From a bacterium (GTDB lineage Bacteria > UBA8248): a DNA stretch of 64,000 nt. The notes beneath the pieces are model-generated. The model was not told the origin of the DNA and ran no database searches. It saw only the letters and a program-made list of their open reading frames with translations. Both the position numbers and the translations under genes were made by a program. The DNA is taken from contig CBDCRP010000003.1 of the NCBI GenBank assembly GCA_965221165.1, positions 1,568,001-1,632,000 on the forward strand, given 5' to 3'. This document shows, piece by piece, positions 29,275 through 39,953 of the stretch (the stretch's first letter is position 1; the number at the start of each line of letters is the position of its first letter).

Positions 29275-30138
29275 ATGCGTTTATCTATTAAACCGCTCGT
29301 AGCGGGACTTTCTTTTTGGCTCGCTCTGTGGATGAGTGCAATCCCATCGTTAGCAGCGGTATCTTGTACGAAGTGGAACACAAACACCTTCTTCAGAATT
29401 GCTGATAAGGAAGATGTTTCACGTTGCCTAAAGGGTGGGGCCAACGTAAACGCACGCGATAAATACGGAAGAACACCTCTGCATCAGGCTGCACAACACA
29501 GTAAAACACCTGCAGTAATCATAGCTTTAATAAAGGCCGGAGCAAGGATCAATGTGCGAGATACACGCGGACACACACCACTTCACCTTGCAGCGAGAGA
29601 CACGGCGATTGTGATAATTATTAAAACCTTGCTGAAAGCAGGGGCTAACGTGAATGCAAGGGATGAGGATGGATGGACGTCCTTACACAACGCGGCGCAA
29701 GGCCCTAGAGCCAATGCATTCGCTACAGCCCTAATCGATTCCGTAATCATTGGCTTAAAGGCCGAGACAGCGGCCATCAGAAAAGGCTACTCGGCCACAG
29801 CAGTCAAACGGGTGGGTAAATTAGCCGAGACAGCCTCTTTGAAAGCCGCCCGCAAGAGGATATTTGAGGAGATAGACGGAGGCTCTCCGGCTGTCGTGAC
29901 TGCTCTGTTGGATGCCGGAGCAAATCCCAATGCGCGCAATAAATACGGACGAACGCCTCTGCACTGGGCGGCAGATTACAGCACTCCTGCGGTCGTAGCG
30001 GCGTTGTTGAAAGCGGGGGCCGATCCGGCGGCGAAAGACGAAAAAGGCAAAACGGCGTGGGATTTAGCGAAAGAAAACCCCTCACTCAAAGGGACTGATG
30101 TTTACTGGCAGTTGAACGAAGCGCGGTTCGAGAAATAA
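29275..30138 (+). CDS. Secreted ankyrin-repeat protein
   Basis: Signal peptide; repeats GANVNARDKYGRTPLH, GHTPLH, GWTSLH, GRTPLH. Confidence 0.9.
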   Translation: MRLSIKPLVAGLSFWLALWMSAIPSLAAVSCTKWNTNTFFRIADKEDVSRCLKGGANVNARDKYGRTPLHQAAQHSKTPAVIIALIKAGARINVRDTRGHTPLHLAARDTAIVIIIKTLLKAGANVNARDEDGWTSLHNAAQGPRANAFATALIDSVIIGLKAETAAIRKGYSATAVKRVGKLAETASLKAARKRIFEEIDGGSPAVVTALLDAGANPNARNKYGRTPLHWAADYSTPAVVAALLKAGADPAAKDEKGKTAWDLAKENPSLKGTDVYWQLNEARFEK

Positions 30139-30249
30139 GGACAGGTCGCGACCTGTCCCTACGAGGGCGAACACGCAGGTTCGCCCCTACCAAAACCCCG
30201 CCCTCGTGAATCAAAACGAAGCGTAGGGGCGGACCCGTGTGTCCGCCCG
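30139..30249. repeat. Cluster of REP-like GTAG palindromes
   Basis: GGACAGGTCGCGACCTGTCCCTAC, GGGCGAACACGCAGGTTCGCCCCTAC, GTAGGGGCGGACCCGTGTGTCCGCCC. Confidence 0.7.
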
Positions 30250-30489
30250 CTGCAGAGGTGGCGCATTCCCGTCATTCCTCCCCCATTTCCCGGCTATTCT
30301 CGCGAAAAATTTACACTTCGTCCCGATATGTGGAACGAATTGCCGCCATTCAGGCCTCGCTTCTCTTTTCAGCCTTCATCTGATTTGATAATCTGTCCGC
30401 ACTTAACATAATGCGGATCGTTTGGAAGGCCGGAACCCGAACAGGGCGTTTCGGCATCTCCCGTATCCCCCTGGTTCGAGGAACACGTC

Positions 30490-31725
30490 ATGTATCTGAA
30501 CACCGAGCGCGCGCGCGGGCTGATGGCCGATTTCGGCTTCGACGCCATCATCGCCTCCACGCCCGAGAACGTCACCTATCTTGCGGGCACCGTGGGCTGG
30601 TCGAACAAGGTGTATGCCTATTCCGTCCACATGTTCGCCGTCTTCGCGCGCGACGAAGGCACGGCCCCCGCCATCATCGTGCCGGGCCAGGAGGTCACCT
30701 ACGTCTCGGCCCAGCAGTCCTGGATCAAGGACCTCTATACCTTCGGCGGCAAGAGCGCGCTCATCCAGCCGGCGGGAGCGCAAGCCCAAACGCCGGAAGA
30801 AGAAACCTACCTCGGCATGTACAACGACGACGCCAAACGGGGCAAGAACCCCGGCGCGGCCCTTGCTCTCGCCCTCAAGGAACGCGGCCTCGCGAAGGCG
30901 CGCTTGGCGCTCGATCAGGAGCGCGTGATGCCGAACGTGCGCGCCCAGATAGAAGCGGCCCTGCCCGATGCTGAAATCGTCGACGCGGCGGATTTCTTCC
31001 GCCTCATCCGGATGGTCAAGACGCCCGATGAGATAGCCGCGCTCGCCGCCGCCGCCCAAGTGAACGAGAAGGCGGGAATCGCCGCATCGAACGCTGTGGC
31101 CGAAGGGGCGACCGAACGCGAGGTGGCGTCGGTCTTCGCGGCGGAGGTGGGGCGCATGGGCGGCAAATGGCAGTGGTTCCACTTCTGCTCGGGCCGCCGG
31201 GCGACGGGCATCTTCCCGCCGACGGACAAGAAGATCGCCAAGGGTGAGATGTGGAAGTTCGACGCAGGCCTCGTTCTGGGCAACTACCAGGGGGACACCG
31301 GCTGGGGCGGAGTGCTGGGCGAGCCGAACCAGGCGCAACTCGACCTGTGGAAAGCGACGGAAGAGGGCTTCGAGGCCGCGATGGCGAAAGTAAAGGCCGG
31401 CGTACTCGGCTCCACCATTTTCAGGACCATGCTCGATGCCACGCGCGCGGCGGGGTTCCCCGAGCACAACGGCAACTTCGCCGGCCACGCCATAGGGCTG
31501 GAGCAGCGCGAAGTGCCCTACGTTCTCGCGGACCCAGCACCTCAGGGCAGCCCCTTCCTGCCGGATTCGAGCGATTTCCCGCTCGAGGCGGGCACGACGA
31601 TATGCGTGGAAAACCCCTGCCAGATCTTCGGCATGGGGGGAACCCAGATAGAAAAAACCGTCGTGGTCACCGAAACGGGGTATGAGTTCATCTACCCGCA
31701 GGAGAGAAAACTCTGGGTCGTCTAG
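30490..31725 (+). CDS. M24-family (Xaa-Pro peptidase/creatinase-like) hydrolase
   Basis: RMVKTPDEI, D..YQGD, GHAIGLE, CVENP, QIEKTVVVTETG. Confidence 0.85.
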   Translation: MYLNTERARGLMADFGFDAIIASTPENVTYLAGTVGWSNKVYAYSVHMFAVFARDEGTAPAIIVPGQEVTYVSAQQSWIKDLYTFGGKSALIQPAGAQAQTPEEETYLGMYNDDAKRGKNPGAALALALKERGLAKARLALDQERVMPNVRAQIEAALPDAEIVDAADFFRLIRMVKTPDEIAALAAAAQVNEKAGIAASNAVAEGATEREVASVFAAEVGRMGGKWQWFHFCSGRRATGIFPPTDKKIAKGEMWKFDAGLVLGNYQGDTGWGGVLGEPNQAQLDLWKATEEGFEAAMAKVKAGVLGSTIFRTMLDATRAAGFPEHNGNFAGHAIGLEQREVPYVLADPAPQGSPFLPDSSDFPLEAGTTICVENPCQIFGMGGTQIEKTVVVTETGYEFIYPQERKLWVV

Positions 31726-31767
31726 GCGATCCGGGCCTATAGATTACCAACCAGTGAAGGACAGCCC

Positions 31768-32535
31768 ATGTGCGCGACGCGATTCATCGACCTGAGCACC
31801 CCCATCATGAACGGCTCGAACGAGCCGCGCCCGCCCGAGGTCACCTATCTCGACCATGAAGAGTTCGGCGCGCGCTCGGCCAAGACCTGGGACATCCCGA
31901 TAGAGGAGCTGCACGACGGCGTGGGCGGGGCGGCGGAGTTCGTCACCGTATCCACCCATTCGGCCACCCACATGGACGCCCCCTGGCACTACGGCCCCAC
32001 CGTGGCGGGCGAACCTTCGCGGAAAATCGACAAGGTGCCGCTCGAGTGGTGCTACGGCGACGGCGTGGTGCTCGACCTGAGGCACAAGAAAACGGGCGAC
32101 TGGATTAGCGAGGAGGACATCAGGGAGTGCCTCGCCAAGATCGGCTACGAGGTAAAGGCGGGCGACATCGTACTCCTGTGGACGGGCACCGATGCGCACC
32201 GCGACAGCCCGGATTATCCTGAACTCCACCCGGGCATGAGCATTCCGGCGACGGAGTATCTTCTGGATCGCGGCGTGCGCGTCATCGGCATCGACGCCTT
32301 CGGCTTCGACAGGCCCTTCAGCTTCCAGGTGCCGGAATTCAAGGCGGGCAAGCGCGAATCGCTCATGCCGTGTCACCACATCCTCGGCAGGCGGCGCGAG
32401 TATTTCCAGATCGAGCAGATCACCAACATCGGCGCGATCCCGAAGCCGCACGGCTTCAAGATCTGCTGTTTCCCGATCAACGTGAAGGACGCGAGCGGCG
32501 CGTGGGTGCGCCCGGTCGCGATAGTGGAGGACTAG
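31768..32535 (+). CDS. Cyclase/kynurenine formamidase-family amidohydrolase
   Basis: HSATHMDAPWH, IGIDAFGFD, EQITN. Confidence 0.9.
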   Translation: MCATRFIDLSTPIMNGSNEPRPPEVTYLDHEEFGARSAKTWDIPIEELHDGVGGAAEFVTVSTHSATHMDAPWHYGPTVAGEPSRKIDKVPLEWCYGDGVVLDLRHKKTGDWISEEDIRECLAKIGYEVKAGDIVLLWTGTDAHRDSPDYPELHPGMSIPATEYLLDRGVRVIGIDAFGFDRPFSFQVPEFKAGKRESLMPCHHILGRRREYFQIEQITNIGAIPKPHGFKICCFPINVKDASGAWVRPVAIVED

Positions 32536-32739
32536 AAAGAGGATATTTTCCTGACTCATATTTCCCAAGGAGGAGAACTCGCATGAAAAAGTTTCGACTC
32601 GTAATCGCCGTCGCGGCCCTGTCCACCATGGGCGATGAAATGTTCGTCGAACTCACGCAGAGAATCAGAAACCTCCTCTACGTGGAAGGTTCCCTGGATT
32701 AGGGAAGAGGCCGCAGGCGCATCCTGGGGAGTGCAAGGA

Positions 32740-33534
32740 ATGGAAAAGCTGATGATCGTAAACTGCGCGGCGGACACCTCGATGCACGAGGGCGTGCCGC
32801 AGCGTTTCGCGGATTCAGAAGTCCTCGCCGATTCGGTCGAAAAGGCTTATGAGGCGGGCGCGTCCATCGCCCACATCCATGCGCCGCCCACGAACTACGA
32901 GGCCTGGGCCTCACATTCCAAGGCTATCCGGGATAGGTGCGGCGTCATGCTCCAGTACGGCATCTCGACCCAGACGGTCGCGCAGCGAAAAGAGGTGGTG
33001 AAGAACCATCCCGAGATGATGTCCGTCGCCGTGGGCGCGCACAACATGGCCTTCATCGCGCGCGACGTGATGATGCTCCACCCCCGCGAGGAACTCGCCG
33101 AGATGATGCGGCTGTGTAAGGATTACAACGTCAAACCCGAATTCGAGGTCTTCGCACTTGGCGAGACCTGGATGATCGACGATTTGCTCCAGAAGGGGCT
33201 GCTGGAGCCGCCCGTTCTGATGACGTGCTTCTTCGGGCGTCCGGGCGGGGCGTGGTCGCCGCCTTCTCTGAGCGAGTTCTTACACCGCGTGGCGAACCTG
33301 CCTGCGGATTCGATCTACATCGCAAGCGCCACCGGCCCCACGCACATCCACATGCAGACGATGGCGGTGATGGCGGGCGGCCACGCCCGCGTGGGTACGG
33401 AGGATGAGCCCTATCTCCACCCCGGCGAACTCGGGGATAACGCCGATCACGTCGCGCGCATCGCGAGAATCGCGGGCGAGATGGGCCGCGAAATCGCAAG
33501 CGTGGACGAGGCGAAAGAAATGATAGGAATTTGA
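32740..33534 (+). CDS. Beta-keto acid cleavage enzyme family (DUF849)
   Basis: AGASIAHIH, KPEFEVF, GGHARVGTED, GREIAS. Confidence 0.85.
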   Translation: MEKLMIVNCAADTSMHEGVPQRFADSEVLADSVEKAYEAGASIAHIHAPPTNYEAWASHSKAIRDRCGVMLQYGISTQTVAQRKEVVKNHPEMMSVAVGAHNMAFIARDVMMLHPREELAEMMRLCKDYNVKPEFEVFALGETWMIDDLLQKGLLEPPVLMTCFFGRPGGAWSPPSLSEFLHRVANLPADSIYIASATGPTHIHMQTMAVMAGGHARVGTEDEPYLHPGELGDNADHVARIARIAGEMGREIASVDEAKEMIGI

Positions 33535-33571
33535 CGGTTTCTATACCCAATATTTCGAGGATTATTAAAAC

Positions 33572-35257
33572 ATGCCCAAGATGAGCGGGGCGCAGTTCAT
33601 GGCTGACGCCCTCCACGCCTACGGCGTCACCCACATTTTCTTCGTGCCGACGATATTGAGCCACTCCTTAGCCCAGATGGATGAGCGCGGGACGGGCATC
33701 GCCCGCGTCCTCACGCACGGGGAGAAGGCCGCGGCCTACATGGCGGACGGCTACGCGCGCGCCTCGGGCCGCCCCGGCGTCTGCATGGCGCAAATCGTCG
33801 GCGGCGTGAACCTGGCGGCCGGCCTTCGCGACGCCCACCTCGCCTGCGCGCCCATCATCGCCTTCACGGGCGGCACCACGCCGCAAATCCGCTACCGGAA
33901 CGCCTACCAGGAAACAGAGGACATCAGCGCGTTCGATCCGGTGACGAAGTTCAACGCCACGGTGGATGACGTCGAGCGGTTTCCCGATCTGCTCAGACAA
34001 GCCTTCCGCGTCGCCACCTCGGGCACGCCCGGGCCCGTGCACCTGCGCTTCAGCGGGAATTTGGGGCAGGTGGAACAGGAAGTCGCCGATCTGGAACTCA
34101 TCGTCGAGGAGAATTTCAGGCAAGTCCCCGCCTTCAGGCCCGAGCCGGAGCCGGCGAGCATCACCCATGCGCTGGAAGTAATCGGGGGGGCGAAGCGGCC
34201 CGTCATCGTCGCGGGGGGCGGCGTGCGGACCTCCGGCGCAAACGCGGAGTTGGTGGCGCTTGCCGAAAAACTGCAAATTCCCGTCGCCACCTCGATGAAC
34301 GGCAAGGAGTCGATTCCGGGCGATCATCCCCTCTCGGTCGGCGTGGTGGGTTCTTATTCGAGGCGAAGCGCAAACGAACTCGTATCGGAAGCCGACCTCG
34401 TCTTTTTCATCGGCACCCAGACGGGCGGCATGACCACCCACTTCTGGCGCGTGCCGAAGATAGGAACGCCCGCCGTGCAGCTCGACATCGACCCCGAGGA
34501 ACTCGGGCGTAACTACCCGCTTAAAGCGTCCATCATGGGCGATGCGAAAATCGCGCTCGGAAAACTCACCCTGGCGGCGGAAGAAGTCCCCTCACGCCAG
34601 GAGTGGCTTTCGCGCGTGGAGCAGGTGGGCGCCGCGTGGCGCGCCGAGTTCGCGCCGTTCTTAAATTCAGACGCCTCGCCCATGCGGCCCGAACGCGTCT
34701 GCAAGACGCTGAGCGAACACCTGCCGTCCGACGCCATCGTCCTCGCCGACACCGGGCATTCGGGCATGTGGACGGGCGGTTATCTCGACCTCAAAAGCCC
34801 CGGCATCAGCTTCATGCGCGCAGCGGGCCATCTGGGCTGGGGATTCCCGGCGGCATTGGGGGCCAAGTGCGGCGCGCCCGATCGGCCCGTCATCCTCTTC
34901 ACCGGCGACGCGGGTTTCTGGTATCACATCGGGGAAATCGAGACCGCCGTGCGCTGGGGGGTCAACGCCGTCATCCTCGTGAACAACAACGGCTCCCAGA
35001 ACCAGGAGACCAAGATTTTCGACGACGCCTACGGCGGGGAGCAGCGCGGAAAGGCGTTTGAGCTCTGGCATTTCAACCGCACGAACTTTTACGAGATCGC
35101 AAGGTCGATGGGCGCCGAGAGCATTCGCGTGGAAAAACCGGGCGAACTGGGGAGCGCGCTCGATCAGGCCTTCGGCATGAAGGAAGGCCCCGTGATTTTG
35201 GACGTCGTCACGGACATCGAGGCCCTGGCGCCGGGCGCTTACGGGCCGCCTGATTAG
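33572..35257 (+). CDS. ThDP-dependent enzyme, acetolactate-synthase-like
   Basis: HGEKAAAYMADGYARASG, GDAGF...NN ThDP motif. Confidence 0.9.
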   Translation: MPKMSGAQFMADALHAYGVTHIFFVPTILSHSLAQMDERGTGIARVLTHGEKAAAYMADGYARASGRPGVCMAQIVGGVNLAAGLRDAHLACAPIIAFTGGTTPQIRYRNAYQETEDISAFDPVTKFNATVDDVERFPDLLRQAFRVATSGTPGPVHLRFSGNLGQVEQEVADLELIVEENFRQVPAFRPEPEPASITHALEVIGGAKRPVIVAGGGVRTSGANAELVALAEKLQIPVATSMNGKESIPGDHPLSVGVVGSYSRRSANELVSEADLVFFIGTQTGGMTTHFWRVPKIGTPAVQLDIDPEELGRNYPLKASIMGDAKIALGKLTLAAEEVPSRQEWLSRVEQVGAAWRAEFAPFLNSDASPMRPERVCKTLSEHLPSDAIVLADTGHSGMWTGGYLDLKSPGISFMRAAGHLGWGFPAALGAKCGAPDRPVILFTGDAGFWYHIGEIETAVRWGVNAVILVNNNGSQNQETKIFDDAYGGEQRGKAFELWHFNRTNFYEIARSMGAESIRVEKPGELGSALDQAFGMKEGPVILDVVTDIEALAPGAYGPPD

Positions 35258-35317
35258 GGGGGTGGAAAGCTGAGTACGGGCTGAGCGGGAGAATTCTGAG
35301 TTGAAGCGAAAGAGAGT

Positions 35318-35734
35318 TCATTGGCAATCCGTTGCAGTGAGAAAAGCGATCAAACACTGAGCCAAGGCATCCTCATCGGCAAGCTCGCATTCCCATAGGG
35401 TAAGCCCTGTCCAGCCAGCCGCAGCTAGCTTGGCGAGTTGGTTAGAATGACGTTCGACGTTGCGCATTATCTTCGATTTCCAGTATTCCGCGTTGGTTTT
35501 CGGTAAACGATTCCCACGCTTGCACGAATGCCCATGCCAAAAACACCCATTCACGAAGATGACCTTTCGACGTGAAGCAAACACTATATCCGGCTTGCCC
35601 GGCAAGTCCTTCCTGTGCAATCGGTAACGATAGCCCATTCGATGCAAGAGCCGCCGCACCATCATCTCGGGTTTGGTATCGCGGTCCTTGACCGCCCGCA
35701 TAGTCCGGCTGCGTTGCTCAGAAGGCATTGTCAT
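35318..35734 (-). CDS. vsr: Very-short-patch repair endonuclease
   Basis: RSRTM..DTKPE, LPGKPDIVF, FVNGCFWHGH, WEC. Confidence 0.9.
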   Translation of the reverse strand: MTMPSEQRSRTMRAVKDRDTKPEMMVRRLLHRMGYRYRLHRKDLPGKPDIVFASRRKVIFVNGCFWHGHSCKRGNRLPKTNAEYWKSKIMRNVERHSNQLAKLAAAGWTGLTLWECELADEDALAQCLIAFLTATDCQ

Positions 35735-36588
35735 GACCGACGAATAGCCGTCGGATTGGATGCTTGTTGTACTTCGCCGTTGCGGTCGATGCATGTCGTT
35801 CGAACGGTATCAGCGCCTCGATGGGCCACGCTGAAACTAACATAGTTGATTTCTTCGGGCTTGCAATGGAAGCAGTCGTTAAAGGCCTGAAGTATCTCAA
35901 CATCAGAAAGCGCTTGTGGCCGGGGCGTGGGGTTGTTGCGAGGACTTGGAATCGTTGCTGGCAAGACGTAAAGGCAAGGTGGAGGCAAAGAAAACGGTCC
36001 TACAACTGTTTTACGAGAAGAGTCGGCCAACAACTTGGGACACGGCCTCCCCATGGAGCCGCATATCATGTCCCATATAACAATCCCGTCGACACGTTGT
36101 TCGCGCGATATAATCTCGGCACTCAGGCGCGTATGAATGCCGGACCATGCGTTACGGCGCGGATCAGCACCCACATTCGTGCAAATGCTCCAGATCATAA
36201 ACTCATCTGCATGCGCAGGCCGTTCGAAAATATTAGTATTGTTTCCGTCGAGGCAACCTTTCAACTCGATGACGGCTGTTCGTCCTGACTTGAGGTTTAC
36301 GGTGTAGTCATGACGGTTACCTTGGCCCACATACTTCGATTCACCAATGAAACCCCCATTCTTCATATGGTTGAGAACATGCTTAACGAACTTCTTCTTG
36401 TCATTCATTGTAGCGGAGAACTGACCACGAATACGCTCAATCGCACCTCGGAAAAGGCCACTGCTGTAAAATTCCGTTTTGTTAAAACCGTGAGCGCCAA
36501 GCGTATGAGCCTCGGTTTTCAGAACTTCCGCAAATGCCTCAATTTTTTCTTGAAGATCTTTGTTCCGTTCACATGGAATGACAGTCAT
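35731..36588 (-). CDS. Putative type II restriction endonuclease
   Basis: RHDY...VIELKG PD-(D/E)xK-like motif; coupled between a C5 MTase and vsr. Confidence 0.55.
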   Translation of the reverse strand: MTVIPCERNKDLQEKIEAFAEVLKTEAHTLGAHGFNKTEFYSSGLFRGAIERIRGQFSATMNDKKKFVKHVLNHMKNGGFIGESKYVGQGNRHDYTVNLKSGRTAVIELKGCLDGNNTNIFERPAHADEFMIWSICTNVGADPRRNAWSGIHTRLSAEIISREQRVDGIVIWDMICGSMGRPCPKLLADSSRKTVVGPFSLPPPCLYVLPATIPSPRNNPTPRPQALSDVEILQAFNDCFHCKPEEINYVSFSVAHRGADTVRTTCIDRNGEVQQASNPTAIRRS

Positions 36589-37739
36589 GCGGCTTCTTGC
36601 GCCTTCGCCATATGCAGCAGCATCGGCTCTATAACCTCGTTCGCCAAGAAGCGGACAACAGGCACGACAACTCCATCACCCGTCAGGTGGTAGGCCTCAT
36701 TGTAGTTGTCGGGTAGGATGTAATCATCTGAAAGCCCCATGAGCCTTGCGGTTTCGCGGCTGGATATAAGGCGTGATCGCACTCTATCGCCTTTAACGAC
36801 TATAACTAGTTGCCTACTGGAACCACCCGCCGGAGTTCGCAGGCAACCGGCAATATCGTCGAAGCGTACTTCAGCACGCTGCACCTTACGGCCAGTTTCG
36901 TCTCGTCTCGTACGCTTGTAGATTGTGCCGACTATTCGCCGTCCTTCCCGTTTCGCCAAGTTGACCTTCTTGAGATTTACGTCGCTCATCATGTCAAGGA
37001 GCCTTTGCGTTTCATCAGGCGTGTGCCATGAAACGTCTTCGGGATTCTCTTCGACAAGGTCGGAAAATCCGATGTTGCGAGTCGGCGGAGTGGTGAGCCT
37101 CCACCATATCCAGCTTTCTTTCAAGTTCATCGGCAATTTGCCAAAAGCAGTCCTAAGCGTACGCGGATGAAATGTGTCATTCGGATACTCTTGAGCAAGC
37201 GTGTCGGGAACAACAATATCGTCTCTAACCGCAATGATCAGAAGTCGGGGTCGTGAATGAGGGAGGAACAACGCGGCATCAATGATCAAAGCACCAAATC
37301 TATAGTTGCCATCGCTAAGCGCATTGCAGATTGCCTGAAAATCTTTACCACTGTGGGAGGTTAGAGTTCCGCGAACATTTTCCAAAACGATCATGCCAGG
37401 CGCTCGTGACTCGTGTACAAGTTCCATCATCAGACGCCAGAAGGGCCAAAAAGTGCCCGAACGCTCGCCTTTCAAACCAGCACCAACTCCGGCAAGAGAC
37501 AAATCCTGACAGGGGAAAGATGCCCAAACGAGATCAGTAGAGTCAACGAGATCGTTTGTAGTTACGTTCCGTATATCGTCGCACAGGAGATGGTCTGCGC
37601 CCCAGTTGAGGCTATAAGTCGCGGCTTTCTTCTGGTCAAAGTCGTTCGCAAACAAACATTGCCACCGGTCACCTAACCCGGCGCGCGCCATACCGGCACC
37701 CGAGAAAAACTCATAGAAACTGCCGAGCATGCAGTCCAC
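36585..37739 (-). CDS. dcm: DNA (cytosine-5)-methyltransferase
   Basis: EFFSGAGM (motif I), FPCQD (IV), LENV (VI), HSRPR (VIII), RETARLMG, GDGV. Confidence 0.9.
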   Translation of the reverse strand: MDCMLGSFYEFFSGAGMARAGLGDRWQCLFANDFDQKKAATYSLNWGADHLLCDDIRNVTTNDLVDSTDLVWASFPCQDLSLAGVGAGLKGERSGTFWPFWRLMMELVHESRAPGMIVLENVRGTLTSHSGKDFQAICNALSDGNYRFGALIIDAALFLPHSRPRLLIIAVRDDIVVPDTLAQEYPNDTFHPRTLRTAFGKLPMNLKESWIWWRLTTPPTRNIGFSDLVEENPEDVSWHTPDETQRLLDMMSDVNLKKVNLAKREGRRIVGTIYKRTRRDETGRKVQRAEVRFDDIAGCLRTPAGGSSRQLVIVVKGDRVRSRLISSRETARLMGLSDDYILPDNYNEAYHLTGDGVVVPVVRFLANEVIEPMLLHMAKAQEAA

Positions 37740-38012
37740 CTAAGTTTACGGGCGATGGTCAATGCTTAGGAAAAACTGAAGATCGCGCTTTTAATTCCCT
37801 TCCAAGAGTAACATGATTCACCCTTATAATGGGAAACAAACGCGATAGCCAAGTCCGCTAGTCATGCAAAGCTACGAGACGCCCTTACCCGTCTGCTCCG
37901 AAGCCTCGTGAACCATCGGACATATGCATAAGGTTTAGCGCAACCCTTAACATCATTTAATTTTAGTTCTATCTTAAAAGATACACAAAGACAAGCACCT
38001 GAAATCCCCCCC

Positions 38013-38801
38013 CTAATGCGAGAGTATCTGGCTCAGGAAGAGTTTCGTGCGGTCCGACTGGGGGTGGTAGAAGAATTTCTCGGGTTCGTTCTGCTCGACG
38101 ATCTGTCCCTCGTCCATGAAGATGACCCGGTGGGCGACCTGGCGCGCAAAACCCATCTCGTGGGTCACGACCAGCATCGTCATCTCGGTTTCGGCGAGTT
38201 CGACCATCACGTCGAGCACTTCCTTTATCATCTCGGGGTCGAGTGCTGAGGTCGGCTCGTCGAACAGCATAATCTTGGGCCGCATGCACAGTGAGCGCGC
38301 AATGGCCACGCGCTGCTGCTGGCCGCCCGATAGCTGGCCGGGGTATTTCAGGGCCTGCTCGGGAATCTTGACGCGGGTGAGGTATTCCATCGCGATTTCT
38401 TCGGCCTCCGCCCGGGGCGTCTTGCGCACCCAGATGGGGGCGAGTGCGCAGTTCTCGAGCACGGTGAGATGCGGGAAGAGGTTGAACTGCTGGAACAGCA
38501 TGCCGACTTCACGGCGCACGTTGTCGATTTGCTTCAGGTCGCCGGTCAACTCGATGCCCTCCACCACGATGGAGCCTTTCTGGTGTTCTTCCAGGCGGTT
38601 GATGCAGCGGATGAGCGTGGATTTGCCCGAACCCGAAGGCCCGCAGATGACGATGCGCTCCCCCCGGTAGACGGTGAGGTCGATGTCGCGCAGAACGTGG
38701 AACTGGCCGAACCACTTGTTCATGCCCTCGATGCGGATAATCGGCTCGTTCGAGAGGGTTTCCGTATCTACGGCCCCGGCTTCGCCCGCGTTTTCACTCA
38801 T
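38013..38801 (-). CDS. aapP: Amino acid ABC transporter ATP-binding protein
   Basis: [33 protein letters not shown]. Confidence 0.9.
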   Translation of the reverse strand: MSENAGEAGAVDTETLSNEPIIRIEGMNKWFGQFHVLRDIDLTVYRGERIVICGPSGSGKSTLIRCINRLEEHQKGSIVVEGIELTGDLKQIDNVRREVGMLFQQFNLFPHLTVLENCALAPIWVRKTPRAEAEEIAMEYLTRVKIPEQALKYPGQLSGGQQQRVAIARSLCMRPKIMLFDEPTSALDPEMIKEVLDVMVELAETEMTMLVVTHEMGFARQVAHRVIFMDEGQIVEQNEPEKFFYHPQSDRTKLFLSQILSH

Positions 38802-38818
38802 GGATCGGTTCCTCCCGC

Positions 38819-39949
38819 TTAATTTTGGTGGCCCGTGTCGAGCTTGCGCTCGAGCCACAGGCTGTAGCGCGACATGCTGAAGCAGAATATGAAATAGATG
38901 AGAGCCGCGAAGATGTAGGATTCATGCTCCAGGCCCAGCCATTTGGGGTCCGTCACCGAGGAGCGGGCCACCAGCAGCAAGTCGAACAGCCCGATGATCG
39001 AGACCAGGGCGGTATCCTTGAACAGGGCGATGAAGGTGTTGACGATGCCCGGAATCACTATCTTGAGCGCCTGGGGCAGGATGATGAGCTGCATCGACTT
39101 CCTGTAGTTCAGCCCCAGCGCCTGGGCCGCTTCGGTCTGCCCCTTCGGCAGGGCCTGCAAGCCGCCGCGCACGACCTCGGCCATATAGGCGGATGCGAAC
39201 ATGATGAACCCGATCAGGGCGCGCAGCAGTTCGTTGGCGTTCACCCCCTCGGGCGTGAACAGCGGCAGCATGAAAGAGGCCATGAAGAGCACCGTGATGA
39301 GCGGCACCGAGCGCCAGAGCTCGATGAAGGCGATGCAGATCGTGCGGATGACGGGCATCTCCGAGCGCCGCCCGAGCGCGAGCATAATCCCGATCGGCAG
39401 GGAGAAGAGGATGGCGACCGAGGCGAACACGAGGGTGAGCGTCAGGCCGCCCCACTTGTGCGTCGGTACGGCGGCGAGGCCGAAAGCGCCGTGGAGCAGA
39501 ATATAGGCGACGATGGGAAAACCGCATACCAGGAAAAGCGCTGCGAAGGTGCGGCCCGGCACCCTGTCCGATAGCACCGGCAAGAGATTGATACAGAACA
39601 GGATGAAGGTGAGGTTCACCCGCCAGCGCTCGGGCTCGGGATAGAAGCCGTAGATGAACTGCCCGAATCGTTTCGGTATCAGAACCCAGCAGGCGCCCTC
39701 GATGCCCCGGCAATCCTTATTCGACTCCCCTTCCCAGAGCGAATTGACGAAGGCCCACTCGAACAGCGGCGGCACGACCAGATAGAGGAAATAAATCGTC
39801 AGCAGCGTGAGCGCCGTATTGAGCGGCGAGGAGAACAGGTTCGCCCGCATCCAGCCGACTATTCCTACGGTCGAGACGGGAGGCGCCGCCTGCGGGATAT
39901 TTTCCGTGCGGAAGAAGCTCCTGTCCGGATTGTTCGCGATATCGCTCAT
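38819..39949 (-). CDS. aapM: Amino acid ABC transporter permease
   Basis: [33 protein letters not shown]. Confidence 0.88.
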   Translation of the reverse strand: MSDIANNPDRSFFRTENIPQAAPPVSTVGIVGWMRANLFSSPLNTALTLLTIYFLYLVVPPLFEWAFVNSLWEGESNKDCRGIEGACWVLIPKRFGQFIYGFYPEPERWRVNLTFILFCINLLPVLSDRVPGRTFAALFLVCGFPIVAYILLHGAFGLAAVPTHKWGGLTLTLVFASVAILFSLPIGIMLALGRRSEMPVIRTICIAFIELWRSVPLITVLFMASFMLPLFTPEGVNANELLRALIGFIMFASAYMAEVVRGGLQALPKGQTEAAQALGLNYRKSMQLIILPQALKIVIPGIVNTFIALFKDTALVSIIGLFDLLLVARSSVTDPKWLGLEHESYIFAALIYFIFCFSMSRYSLWLERKLDTGHQN

Positions 39950-39953
39950 GGCC

